The notes below the pieces were generated by a model, which was not told where the DNA came from, did not search any database, and saw nothing but the letters and a program-made list of their open reading frames with translations. Positions 46,300-55,964 of a DNA stretch of 64,000 bases are shown here, piece by piece. Location: the sequence record ON922919. The stretch is one strand, 5' to 3'. The position numbers were made by a program, and so were the translations under genes. Source of the stretch: Escherichia phage vB_EcoM_PD205. Every line of letters starts with the position of its first letter. Within the stretch, counting starts at the first letter, position 1.

Positions 46300-46779
46300 T
46301 TAACTACGTTTCAGGCCAGCGAACAGTGAAGGCTTCGCAGCAGGTTTCTCTGCTGGTTCTTCAGCCTTAACTTCCTCCTGCACAACTTCTTCTTGTGCTT
46401 CTGGTTCAGCTACTGCTTCTTCAGGTTCCGGCGTAGAACTCTCGTTCTGACCACCAACTGAGGTCGGGGCATCTACTTTCGGTCCCAGAGGTGCTCCCTC
46501 CTTTACTGATTCAGTAACAACTTGCTCACCAACCTCAGGTTCTGAGGTTGAGTCAACAGGACGATGTTTGGCTTCTTGTGGATTCTTACGAGGACGGCGG
46601 GTCTTCTTCTCTACCAAGGGTGGAGTGTCATCACTATGACCGACCTCTTCATTGATACCAATAGTGGCAGTACCATCTGCATTCACCAGGATATTAATGT
46701 CCCCGGCAAGATTAACTTGTTCATTTACATAAGCTTCAATAGCAGCTTCTACTTCAGACTGGTTCAGAACGATTTGCAT
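46300..46779 (-). CDS. hypothetical protein with highly acidic Pro/Glu-rich C-terminal half
   Basis: 159 aa ORF; first gene after the non-coding island on minus strand. Confidence 0.4.
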   Translation of the reverse strand: MQIVLNQSEVEAAIEAYVNEQVNLAGDINILVNADGTATIGINEEVGHSDDTPPLVEKKTRRPRKNPQEAKHRPVDSTSEPEVGEQVVTESVKEGAPLGPKVDAPTSVGGQNESSTPEPEEAVAEPEAQEEVVQEEVKAEEPAEKPAAKPSLFAGLKRS

Positions 46780-46780
46780 A

Positions 46781-47335
46781 TTATGCCTTTATTAATTTAA
46801 TGAGATTCTGGAAAGCTGGTAGATTTACCCCAGCGTGGATTGCACCGATTGCATCAGCTAAGTGCTCATTCTTATTCAGAAGTTTACCTTTCTTATCCGT
46901 GAGCCAGTTGGCTTCAGGATAGATAGCATGAGCAGCACGAATCATCGTGTCTTTGGATGCAGTTTTATCACCGACCAGTGCAAGTTTGTTTTCAATTGGG
47001 GATACTTCAAAGATTGGGCAACCCAATGCACGGAATGCACCGATTAATCCTACGCATACACCATAGGACTTCATACCATTAGCAGACTGAGAGCCTACTG
47101 GTACTTCTACGAATACTGCTTTAGCAGACCGTAACCATTCCTCACAACCAAGAAACAAATCATGGGCAGCTTGTATATCTTTGGAGTTGGTTCGAACTTG
47201 TTTGTTGTGGTCAACTTCAGTTTGAATCAGTTTAAGTTCGACCTGCTCGAAGACACCGGATTCAATGTCCAGCATCCCACGAGCTAATCCCCAATTGCGG
47301 AGGCTAATGTCTGCACCGACAATTGGGATTTTCAT
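46781..47335 (-). CDS. RuvC-like Holliday junction resolvase
   Basis: 184 aa; IVGADISLRNWG (N-terminal catalytic Asp), FVEVPVGSQ, EHLADAIGAIHAG resembling RuvC acidic motifs. Confidence 0.5.
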   Translation of the reverse strand: MKIPIVGADISLRNWGLARGMLDIESGVFEQVELKLIQTEVDHNKQVRTNSKDIQAAHDLFLGCEEWLRSAKAVFVEVPVGSQSANGMKSYGVCVGLIGAFRALGCPIFEVSPIENKLALVGDKTASKDTMIRAAHAIYPEANWLTDKKGKLLNKNEHLADAIGAIHAGVNLPAFQNLIKLIKA

Positions 47336-48138
47336 TAACGCTTACCGAACAGTGATTTACCACCAGCTGGAGTAGTACCTGTGCCAGCACCTGCACCTGG
47401 TTTAGGAGGCAAACCACCTTTACTATTACCACCAGTAGAACCCTTGGTCTTATCACGGGTTTTGCCTTTGTTCTTCTCTAACCATGCTGCGTAGAATACA
47501 GCTAGTTCTGGGGTCAGTTCTTTCTCAGCCTTCTCTGCTTCCTGAGCCTCGACGACTGTGACCAACAGCTCCGGATGAAACACTTTCTGAATCTCGTTTA
47601 CTTCACGAGTTTCACCGGAGTCAACATAACCGTTGTCACCCTTAACCTGCTTGGATTCCAGAACCTTTTCCAGAGCGAAGGTAACAGTCTGTCCTACCAG
47701 GTCAACTGGAACCATGACGGATTTATTAACTTCTGCTTTAGCATCGAAGTCATAGACTTTGACAATCTTCTCTTCGAAGTCTGCTTCAGGCAGTTCAGTA
47801 CCAGTAGCCATCAGCATCATGTCGTTAATGACAGTGTAGCCAGGCAGGAAGTATTCTTTACCGTTCTTCTCGTAAGTCGGCTTGTTGCCTTTAGCATTAC
47901 CAGAAGTGAAGTACACCTGAGCACGGAACTCACCGGCAGGTACGCCGTCAGAGTTTTTCAGGTCTTCAATAATTAACTGCATCCAGTCTGCACCAGAATC
48001 AGCTTTGCCTACATAGGCTACTTTTACAGTACCGGTGTAGATATCGGATTCTTTTGCACCGAATCCACCACCACCAAGGGAGTCTTTAACAGCTTCAACG
48101 TTTTTGGTTTTTTCTTTCAGATTACTGAACAATGACAT
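47335..48138 (-). CDS. putative single-stranded DNA-binding protein (N4 SSB-like by size/position) with Gly-rich C-terminal tail
   Basis: 267 aa; AGGAAAA RBS; C-terminal GGNSKGGLPPKPGAGAGTGTTPAGGKSLFGKR; identity inferred from size and synteny only. Confidence 0.35.
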   Translation of the reverse strand: MSLFSNLKEKTKNVEAVKDSLGGGGFGAKESDIYTGTVKVAYVGKADSGADWMQLIIEDLKNSDGVPAGEFRAQVYFTSGNAKGNKPTYEKNGKEYFLPGYTVINDMMLMATGTELPEADFEEKIVKVYDFDAKAEVNKSVMVPVDLVGQTVTFALEKVLESKQVKGDNGYVDSGETREVNEIQKVFHPELLVTVVEAQEAEKAEKELTPELAVFYAAWLEKNKGKTRDKTKGSTGGNSKGGLPPKPGAGAGTGTTPAGGKSLFGKR

Positions 48139-48177
48139 ATGATTTTCCTAATAAGTGATTAACAACCAGGCAAACGC

Positions 48178-48930
48178 TTAAGCGTAGTATTCAGCCAGGT
48201 GGTCTAAGAGTTTCTGGGCATCGTTATCAATGTAAGTCTCGGACTTATCGAACATACCCATTGGGGAACGAAGTCGTTTACCAACAGACTTCTTGGTTGG
48301 ACGGGTCTGGAATACGTGCTTATACCCTAAGTCACGTTCTTCTTCCGTAATTTCTAACATCTTGTTCCCATACTTCTCCAGTTCTTTAATATCTACGCGT
48401 TCTGCATAAACTACTGTAGAGAAGTAGGCTTCAAGCCCATTATTCTTCAGAGAGCCTTTCACTGGGATGAATGTTTTCATCACACCAGCAGCTTCATCCA
48501 GTTCGTCTTTAGCATGAGCAGTAATGATTACTGGCTTACCAAACTTAACGACTTTTTGTTGCAGCAGTATTTTAAAGAACTGTGCAAAGTCACCCCATGC
48601 TTTCTGCGTATTTGCAGAAGGCAGAACATACTGGGATTCCAGCATATCCATCATGAAGGTTGCTGAGTCAATGATGATACCATCAACATCGTCTGCCATT
48701 TCTCCACCAGGAGATGCAACATCAAATGCTTCCCAAATCTGGTATGGGTCTTCAATGTTGTAGGTATTGAATTTGTTACGGAAAGGCAGACGTTTACCTG
48801 CTTCAGTATTCAGATAGAGCCAGCGTTCCTGGTTCCGGATGTTACGCAGTGATGCTGATTTACCACTCGCTGAGAATCCTGCAATCAGGATTAGCTGAGT
48901 GTTCATATCATTGGGAATTACTTCGGACAT
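48178..48930 (-). CDS. P-loop NTPase (possible nucleotide kinase or recombination ATPase)
   Basis: 250 aa; Walker A LIAGFSASGKSA, Walker B-like GIIIDSATF; GAGGAA RBS. Confidence 0.45.
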   Translation of the reverse strand: MSEVIPNDMNTQLILIAGFSASGKSASLRNIRNQERWLYLNTEAGKRLPFRNKFNTYNIEDPYQIWEAFDVASPGGEMADDVDGIIIDSATFMMDMLESQYVLPSANTQKAWGDFAQFFKILLQQKVVKFGKPVIITAHAKDELDEAAGVMKTFIPVKGSLKNNGLEAYFSTVVYAERVDIKELEKYGNKMLEITEEERDLGYKHVFQTRPTKKSVGKRLRSPMGMFDKSETYIDNDAQKLLDHLAEYYA

Positions 48931-48986
48931 TATTTTTCCTCATTTAATTTAGGAGTCCTTCAAACCAAAGAAAGACTCCTGTTTGC

Positions 48987-51140
48987 TTACTTGCCAGCGA
49001 AGCGTTTAGCCACGGTGACCATTACGGTTGCATTCAATTCATCATCTGGTAATGGATTAGTCAGTTTCTTATTGAATGAGTGGACGGCTTGCTGTACTTG
49101 GGCAAAGTCCCAACCACTGTCAACCAATGCCAGTGCGTACTTAATCATTTGATTATTACGATTACCGGTAGCAATACGACTAGCGAACCAACGCTCCAGA
49201 TTATCCAACGACTGTACTTCCTTCATCTGGTTCCGGAACTGCTCGTTCTTACTAGTACGAGGAATAAAATCACGCACGTCCAACAGATTTGCTTCAAGAT
49301 TGTAATGATAGGAACCAGTCTCGCAGGACATCCACTTCTTGGCTCGTTGGTTAGCAGATTCATCTGTTTCGAACGGTAGCCAAGACATGACGTTATTCAT
49401 GAACTCTTTGTATTCCTCAGTGTCGAGGTGTAATTCATAGTTCATTGGAATAATCAGTCGGAATCGGTTCTCTTCATCAGAATGGCGTTTAGTGGTATAG
49501 GTCATGAACTTATATTCCTTCATCAGTTCATGGCACGTATGCAGAGGTACTCCACCATCACAGTCAATAACAATCATGTTAAATCCTGGAATAACGTTCT
49601 CTTCAGAACGATGCCCATTCTTCATGTGATGGTTTACCCAATGCATACCTGGAGCTTGGGTTAATACATGCAACTGGTCGAACGGTACACGTTCACCAAT
49701 GTAGTCATAAGCAAAGCTATCACTATATGCCACTATCATCTCATTGATGTCAGTCTCTTTCAGAGTCTCACCACGGAAGAACTCAATACCTTCGTTGAAG
49801 GTTTTCTTAATGATGATATGCTGTTTGTAGCCCCATGCTGTAGCAAGAGTCATCATCTCATTACGAGCTGCATTGCCACTCTTATAGAACGGTAACGACT
49901 CCACCAAGTCAGCATGAGTTACTTCTTTACCTACAGAAGCAATGTACTTAGCCAGCTTCACATAAGCCTTCTCGCGATTGAGGATTGTCTGAAATGCTGC
50001 CCCAGATTCCTCTACGAGCAGGATTGCTTGTTTAAGGTGAGACATTTCAATGAATGAACTCTGGTCAACAAACGCCAGTGCTCCAGCCAGCTTAAGAGCT
50101 TTGAAGTAACGGTGGGAAATTTCGGCCTTACGAATTTCTTCGTGGTCAGCCATAGCTTCTGCTTGTTTCTCACAATCAATCTTGTAAGTAATCAGAGCAA
50201 TACCCACAGCATCTTCCACAACCATCTTAAAGCCAAACAGGTTTGGGTCAGCCAAACTATGGAAGTGGTTGGCCCACTTGCCAAGAGACTGTACGTTATC
50301 CTGCTTAATCAGGTTACGGTAGATTTCTTCTGGAGACATTGTTGCATGTGCTCGCTTGTCTAAATGCCCAATCGCAAACAGACATCGACGTGCATACCCT
50401 GTATCCAGAAAGTCATAGAACTGATCTTCGGTCTGACCACCATCCAGTAACTTACTTGGCGTACCAAATAACAACAGGTTAGCTGGAGTCTTACCATCCA
50501 GTTCTTCACCACGAACACTTTCAGCAGTGTTCTTGGTTAACTTCTGCTTAACCTTACCCTGGTCATATAATTCCAGGAACAGGGTTAATACATCTGTGTT
50601 AGCCAACAGGTTTGAACCAATTTCATCAATCTGAAGGTTGATTGAACCACACCCAGCCATTAACAGTTTATGCCGTAGTTGTTTAACTGCTGGTGGAGTA
50701 CCTGAGTCAAACGTAAACGGATATGCCCCAGCACGCTTATACTCTGCTTCAACTTTATCAAACTCATCATTCTGGTCTGTACCTTGTCGAGCAGCACGTT
50801 CGTTAGCAATCTTCCATAAACGGTCATTTGCAATGACGGGCATGGTGTCTTCCATAAAACGTTTACGGAAGCCAGTCATAAACCCGTCTTCAATAATATT
50901 TACCGAGTGACCTTTACCGAAGCCAGACGTTGCTAATGCCATAGCGTAAATGTTGACTGGTAAGTCACCACGGTCTTTAGTGACAATGGTTGCACCCATG
51001 CAGGATGCCATTTTAGCCAGGAAGTAGGCTACTTCGACACGGAAGAATCCTCTGTCGTTGTTTTGTGTCTTGTTACACAGCACGTCTACAATTTCTTCAA
51101 TTGCAGGGTGGTGAGTGACTCCGGTCAGGTCAATACTCAT
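48987..51140 (-). CDS. putative DNA primase / replication initiation protein
   Basis: ORF track 48987..51197; ATG 51140 (MSIDLTGV...) overlapping upstream stop preferred; C-terminal region primase-C-terminal-like; assignment tentative. Confidence 0.4.
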   Translation of the reverse strand: MSIDLTGVTHHPAIEEIVDVLCNKTQNNDRGFFRVEVAYFLAKMASCMGATIVTKDRGDLPVNIYAMALATSGFGKGHSVNIIEDGFMTGFRKRFMEDTMPVIANDRLWKIANERAARQGTDQNDEFDKVEAEYKRAGAYPFTFDSGTPPAVKQLRHKLLMAGCGSINLQIDEIGSNLLANTDVLTLFLELYDQGKVKQKLTKNTAESVRGEELDGKTPANLLLFGTPSKLLDGGQTEDQFYDFLDTGYARRCLFAIGHLDKRAHATMSPEEIYRNLIKQDNVQSLGKWANHFHSLADPNLFGFKMVVEDAVGIALITYKIDCEKQAEAMADHEEIRKAEISHRYFKALKLAGALAFVDQSSFIEMSHLKQAILLVEESGAAFQTILNREKAYVKLAKYIASVGKEVTHADLVESLPFYKSGNAARNEMMTLATAWGYKQHIIIKKTFNEGIEFFRGETLKETDINEMIVAYSDSFAYDYIGERVPFDQLHVLTQAPGMHWVNHHMKNGHRSEENVIPGFNMIVIDCDGGVPLHTCHELMKEYKFMTYTTKRHSDEENRFRLIIPMNYELHLDTEEYKEFMNNVMSWLPFETDESANQRAKKWMSCETGSYHYNLEANLLDVRDFIPRTSKNEQFRNQMKEVQSLDNLERWFASRIATGNRNNQMIKYALALVDSGWDFAQVQQAVHSFNKKLTNPLPDDELNATVMVTVAKRFAGK

Positions 51141-52117
51141 GATGGAAAATATCTCTCTCTTTGTTTGCAAATGGTTGCGACAGGGCAGTATAGACAACGC
51201 TTAACCTGTCCCTCCACGACCTTGATAGCACCCTTGCCACCTTTTTCAGCCATGAAGATACGAGCAGATGCCATATCGTCAAAGTTTTTGGTACTTCTGG
51301 CTCCAGGTACATCTACCTTAGAAGCATCAGAGAAGTATTTGAATTGTGGCTCTGTTCGCCACAACTCCTCGTCAGTACATTCAGGAATTTCCTCTTCAGG
51401 AGCATTCCAGTACTTTTCAATGAGGTGAATCTTCTCTTCTACCCAACGTTCAGTCTTATCGACAGATAGCAACGGAATATCCTTATGCATAATACGATTA
51501 GCAGGATAGTTCGGATTGCTATTAGCCATGTGCTTCATGAAGTCAGTGAAGATGTAGTTAATACGAATTACATCCTCAGTAATGATGTCGTTGTGAATCC
51601 AACGATACAAGCTGCCTTGCATCTTGTGTTCATCATCACGGGAACCAGCAACCCAGGAATAGGTTGAGGTAGACTTAAAGTCCTGCAACAGACCTTCTGT
51701 TACGATGTCAAACTTACCACCGATAGTCCAACCCTTAACTACCCTGGTTCCACGTTGTTCAATGTAGATTGGGATAAGGTCAGGGTTAGCATCAAAGTCT
51801 GCTTTGGTTGGGTTAATGACTACTGCATCAATTACTCGCTGAGGATAACCTAGCTTCTTCAATGCAGTCTTGTGGCCCAGCTTCCAGGCTTTCTCGATAG
51901 AATCATGTAAACCAGTACCCATTGATGTGGAGACGAAATCCATAACATCAATTGACTGGTCACTTAAATCTACACGATGTTTCATGACGATTTGCTTAAT
52001 GGGCTTAAGCAATGTAGTAACAGACAGATACTTAGGATTGTCTACGTAATCATACTCATCATGTAATAGCCATACAGCCAGAGCCAGTGAGACATCATGA
52101 TTGTTGGTTATCTTCAT
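51137..52117 (-). CDS. PD-(D/E)XK family nuclease (RecB/Cas4-like exonuclease) with C-terminal Cys cluster
   Basis: 326 aa; FDIVTEGLLQDFK (D...D.K) and C-terminal CLYCPVATIC suggestive of Fe-S-containing Cas4/RecB-like nuclease. Confidence 0.45.
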   Translation of the reverse strand: MKITNNHDVSLALAVWLLHDEYDYVDNPKYLSVTTLLKPIKQIVMKHRVDLSDQSIDVMDFVSTSMGTGLHDSIEKAWKLGHKTALKKLGYPQRVIDAVVINPTKADFDANPDLIPIYIEQRGTRVVKGWTIGGKFDIVTEGLLQDFKSTSTYSWVAGSRDDEHKMQGSLYRWIHNDIITEDVIRINYIFTDFMKHMANSNPNYPANRIMHKDIPLLSVDKTERWVEEKIHLIEKYWNAPEEEIPECTDEELWRTEPQFKYFSDASKVDVPGARSTKNFDDMASARIFMAEKGGKGAIKVVEGQVKRCLYCPVATICKQRERYFPS

Positions 52118-52379
52118 TATAAGCCTTTTTCAATATGCGATTGGCATAGTGCACAATCTTCTCTGAGTCGTACACCGAAGAATTACCAGGTTTACCATTA
52201 CCCATACGGGCAGCAGCATTTCGCCATAGAGCTTTAAAGGCACAACCTTCATCGAAGGTCATGCCCAGTGCTTGGATAATATCCTCACACTCTGCTTGGT
52301 ATGGTTCTTGCTCTTTCCGCTGAGGGTGCTTAACTGACACTACATACCAGTTATTCAATCCACCGGAGAGCTTAGTCAT
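52095..52379 (-). CDS. hypothetical protein
   Basis: 94 aa ORF, ATG, overlapping neighbours. Confidence 0.35.
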   Translation of the reverse strand: MTKLSGGLNNWYVVSVKHPQRKEQEPYQAECEDIIQALGMTFDEGCAFKALWRNAAARMGNGKPGNSSVYDSEKIVHYANRILKKAYNEDNQQS

Positions 52380-52684
52380 TATTCCCCCTTGGGGATCATG
52401 TTTGCCTGGAACTCTGGTTCAGACATCAGACCCAGGTTGCTGAGAGACAGATAAACAATGTCTTTCAAATCAACCGAAGTGTCGAAACGTTGGTCCAGAC
52501 TAATCTTCAGGGAATGATTGGCACGAGCCAAATCTTTGTAGGTCACATAAGGTTCATCAGTGAGCAACATTGTGTTCATGGTAAGCAGGGAACCATCATC
52601 CACTTTAGGAAGTTGGAATACTACCTGTGCTGCTACCATCCAATGATATTTTTTGACTACAGTTTCTTTAGTACTTTTGGTCAT
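52379..52684 (-). CDS. hypothetical protein
   Basis: 101 aa ORF, TAATG/ATGA overlaps. Confidence 0.35.
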   Translation of the reverse strand: MTKSTKETVVKKYHWMVAAQVVFQLPKVDDGSLLTMNTMLLTDEPYVTYKDLARANHSLKISLDQRFDTSVDLKDIVYLSLSNLGLMSEPEFQANMIPKGE

Positions 52685-53511
52685 GCGAATGCCTTTTGAA
52701 TTATTTGATGAACTTCTTCTGGGGTAGCGTGATTTGGAATTTCAATCTCGTTAGCCCACGTTGGGTAGAACAAGGATAGTTCCCCACCCAAGCCAACTTC
52801 TGGATGAGCAATATCGGGATGGTCTTGCCAGTTAACGGCCTCAACCAAGTGCTTGTTCGTGAACTGCAAGGTATCCATGTTGTCACGAATCATGAAGTAC
52901 TGAGCATCGTGAATGTGAATACTAGGACGTATATCTAACCTGAACTCACTGGCTCTGACTTTACGCATAAATTCTGAACCAGCACGATTATTTAGTAGAC
53001 ACCAGCTTTGCCCTAAAGCATTACCAGCAGTTCTGCCTTCTGCTTCTGCTTCATACGGAGTCTTACATGTCCCACGTAATACTTGAGCCAGTAAAGGAGT
53101 ACGCACTCTCAAACCGAATGCGGCAGTAACATAACCAGTTTTGGCAGCTTCGTCTAGTTTAGCCTGAACCCACATGTCGCTAACTACATAGAGGTCGTGA
53201 TAACGTTTCTCTGTAGTCTTAGCCTTCTCTTCAGAGAAGCCACAGTTTTTCATTAAGCCCATATATGTACCACCATAAGTAAGCAAGAAGGTTGGAGCCT
53301 TCGAGTCACTACGTAATGATTTGTACTTATGCTGGATGGAGTTAATGGATTCTACCGTGTCTTCTATGTCTGGCATCTGCTCACCAAAGTAAGCATATGC
53401 ACGGAGACTGTGTCCATCATAGCCCGTTGAACTACCTACCTTTTTTACAGATTGAATCTTTTTGCCAGTGAAATCATGAGTTGATTTTGGCAAGTTGTCG
53501 AATTGCGACAT
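52681..53511 (-). CDS. family A DNA polymerase, C-terminal fragment (motifs B and C)
   Basis: 276 aa; GYDGHSLRAYAYFG, KAPTFLLTYGGTYMGL (motif B-like K...YG) and SIHIHDAQYF (motif C-like HD); separate ORF downstream of HNH gene. Confidence 0.7.
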   Translation of the reverse strand: MSQFDNLPKSTHDFTGKKIQSVKKVGSSTGYDGHSLRAYAYFGEQMPDIEDTVESINSIQHKYKSLRSDSKAPTFLLTYGGTYMGLMKNCGFSEEKAKTTEKRYHDLYVVSDMWVQAKLDEAAKTGYVTAAFGLRVRTPLLAQVLRGTCKTPYEAEAEGRTAGNALGQSWCLLNNRAGSEFMRKVRASEFRLDIRPSIHIHDAQYFMIRDNMDTLQFTNKHLVEAVNWQDHPDIAHPEVGLGGELSLFYPTWANEIEIPNHATPEEVHQIIQKAFA

Positions 53512-54016
53512 CTCTGCGGTTCCTCCTCATAACCTCATCCCACTTATGACGGATACCGAGTCTGTCAGCAGTGGTTCTGAGCATTTTATGCAGTGTTTCT
53601 GCACGTCTGCCTATTTCTTGGGCGAGTTCACCTACTTGCTTACCTTCCAGTACTTCAAATAGGTACTTCTCCTTGTCATTTGCAGACATATATCCAGGAC
53701 GTAATCCTGTTCGCAGGGCGTGTTCTGAATTTTGGGATGCTGTACACCATTCCAGATTATCCTTATGGGGATTCTGTTTATTCCCATCCAGATGATTTAC
53801 ATACTTGTATCCATATGGATTGGGAATAAAGTGTTTAGCTACCAGAATATGAACCAATTCCTGTTGGTGCGTACCATCCCCTTTCGCTAAACCAACCTTA
53901 AGATACCCATTAGGATTTACTGTTGGTTTAAGCGGGGAATTGTTAGCAAGATTGGTGATGGAACCATCCTCTGAAATTAGATAACGGTTCTCAAAGTAGG
54001 CTATTGGTATAGGCAT
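53474..54016 (-). CDS. HNH homing endonuclease inserted between DNA polymerase fragments
   Basis: ORF track 53474..54115; ATG 54016 with GGAGAGGA RBS; IAYFENRYLISEDGSITN (NUMOD4-like) and HNH-type region YVNHLDGNKQNPHKDNLEWCTASQNSEH; overlaps end of polymerase N fragment and start of C fragment. Confidence 0.7.
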   Translation of the reverse strand: MPIPIAYFENRYLISEDGSITNLANNSPLKPTVNPNGYLKVGLAKGDGTHQQELVHILVAKHFIPNPYGYKYVNHLDGNKQNPHKDNLEWCTASQNSEHALRTGLRPGYMSANDKEKYLFEVLEGKQVGELAQEIGRRAETLHKMLRTTADRLGIRHKWDEVMRRNRRDVAIRQLAKINS

Positions 54017-55955
54017 TATAAAATTCCTCTCCGGTAAATGTTTTCCCATCATAAACAATTGTATCATCATCTCGGATATGATGGTCAACTCCATCGATAG
54101 TAACGCTATACACAATTACCCCCATGTACACTTTGAGCTTCTGTGGGTCTTTAGTAGTTAGTGCAGAGATTCTGTCTTCCAGCGAGGCGAAATCCAAGCC
54201 GCAAAATATCCAGCCTGGAGGAGCTTCGAAGCATTTCTTAATCTTCTTGGCATATTTAGAGCCGGATGGAATTGTTTGTAGATTTGGCTCTGAAGCCGAT
54301 AGCCTACCGGAGACTGTGCCTCCCAGATTGAGGTTACCGAACAGGTAGTGCCAGCCATCCGGTCCCGGTTGGGCATTCCGGAAAGCTGGTATAAAGCTAG
54401 TGATAATCTTATCCACGAGCTTATAGTCGATAAGTGCATTGAGCAGTTCCTTAACATCTTCACTTTGCGTATGTGTACGCAGTGCTTTAATAGTGTCACC
54501 GTCAGTAGCAGGTTGCTTGCTCTTAGTAAGACCAAGAACTGGTAAGCCAATATAATCAAATAACAGCTTCTGTAGCTGCGGTCCGGAGTTAGGGTTAAAC
54601 TCGATGTCACAATCAGCAAGTGTTACTTGTTTCTTCTTGAGCTTAGCATTCTTATCGTCTACCCATTCCTGACGAAGCATCAGGGTGAAGTTCTTCATGA
54701 GCTTAGACTCACGAATAGTTTTCAGAGCCTGGTTCCTGTCAGTTTCCATCTCTTTAGCTACTTGGTTAACGGTATCCATATTCATGGGCATACCGGTTAA
54801 CTGCATCTGGATAATATCTTCACAAGCTGGCTTAAAGATGTTGTTGTAAACATCCAATTGGTCATCAGCAACGAGAGTATCCCAGTGCTTCTCATAAGTG
54901 TACCACGTACATAAACCATCAATGAGGTTGTAACGTAACAGTTGCTCATTAGGAATAAGACGAATGTCTTTAATATCATCCTGAGCATAGTTACCAGCAT
55001 ACTCCTGAGCCTGGTCTTTCAGACTAAGGTGATTACCAGCACAACTGTTAGTAGCCAGGTAGGTGATTAACTTAGTGCAATCCCAGTTACGCAGCATGAT
55101 TTCCATGCCATGTAGTAAACCTTCTGTATCAATCAGGTTATCCATGAATAACTGATAGATAAGCACATACACGTCATAGCTAATGTTGTGATACATCTGC
55201 CGTTGGGTGTACTTAATGAAGAACTCACGTAGAAGATTTCGAACAATATCATTTCTGTTGATACGCCCATAAGGTGCTTCAGTAGCTCCAGGTATCGGCT
55301 CGTAGTCCACATTAAAGGCTATGCCTTGTGTCTTACTCCAACAGAATGTAATTGTTCCTATACCGGCGTTATAGTGCTTTAAACCGAATGCTTCAATGTC
55401 TATAGCCAGTGGCTTATTCATCTCAAGCAACTGGTCTAGCCAGGCTTTAATCTTTTCTGGGGTATCCGGGTAGGCTTCAAACTCAATGATTCCTTGACCT
55501 GGTTCAGCATACTGCCCACGTATGTGGTTAAGTAATGCATCCATACCCTGAGCAATCTTGGATTTCACTACAGGAGGATCATAAAAGACCTGCCTGTAGC
55601 TAGGTGCATAGATAACTTTCTGCTTACCCCATACTGAGTCACAAACATAGCCGAGGTTAGCCTCTGCTTTTGCTTCTTTAGTCAGTATTTTAAAGTAATC
55701 AGAATCGGTACAGATTATGTATTGAGTTTCTGCATCATCCAGTACTTGTTGCAGTTCCTGCTGTATGAACTCCTTAATCTCCCTTGCAGGAGTCTTCTTC
55801 TTGCCGGGGGCAGAATGAAGTTCAATGAAGATGAAATCTTCCATGCTTAGGTCATTGGGCAGCAGGTAGGTTTTAATCATCTCCTCCCTTCGGATTTGAT
55901 GACCGAGGATAGCAATGGGGTACTTACCCGTATCTTGAGAGGTGATGTAACGCAT
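53991..55955 (-). CDS. family A DNA polymerase, N-terminal fragment (3'-5' exonuclease domain through polymerase motif A)
   Basis: 654 aa; exo motifs (LAIDIEAFG, YHNISYDVYVL, YNLIDGLCTWYTY), GRLSASEPNLQTIP and motif A FCGLDFASLEDR; ends before motif B. Confidence 0.75.
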   Translation of the reverse strand: MRYITSQDTGKYPIAILGHQIRREEMIKTYLLPNDLSMEDFIFIELHSAPGKKKTPAREIKEFIQQELQQVLDDAETQYIICTDSDYFKILTKEAKAEANLGYVCDSVWGKQKVIYAPSYRQVFYDPPVVKSKIAQGMDALLNHIRGQYAEPGQGIIEFEAYPDTPEKIKAWLDQLLEMNKPLAIDIEAFGLKHYNAGIGTITFCWSKTQGIAFNVDYEPIPGATEAPYGRINRNDIVRNLLREFFIKYTQRQMYHNISYDVYVLIYQLFMDNLIDTEGLLHGMEIMLRNWDCTKLITYLATNSCAGNHLSLKDQAQEYAGNYAQDDIKDIRLIPNEQLLRYNLIDGLCTWYTYEKHWDTLVADDQLDVYNNIFKPACEDIIQMQLTGMPMNMDTVNQVAKEMETDRNQALKTIRESKLMKNFTLMLRQEWVDDKNAKLKKKQVTLADCDIEFNPNSGPQLQKLLFDYIGLPVLGLTKSKQPATDGDTIKALRTHTQSEDVKELLNALIDYKLVDKIITSFIPAFRNAQPGPDGWHYLFGNLNLGGTVSGRLSASEPNLQTIPSGSKYAKKIKKCFEAPPGWIFCGLDFASLEDRISALTTKDPQKLKVYMGVIVYSVTIDGVDHHIRDDDTIVYDGKTFTGEEFYNAYTNSLL

Positions 55956-55964
55956 AGCTTTACC

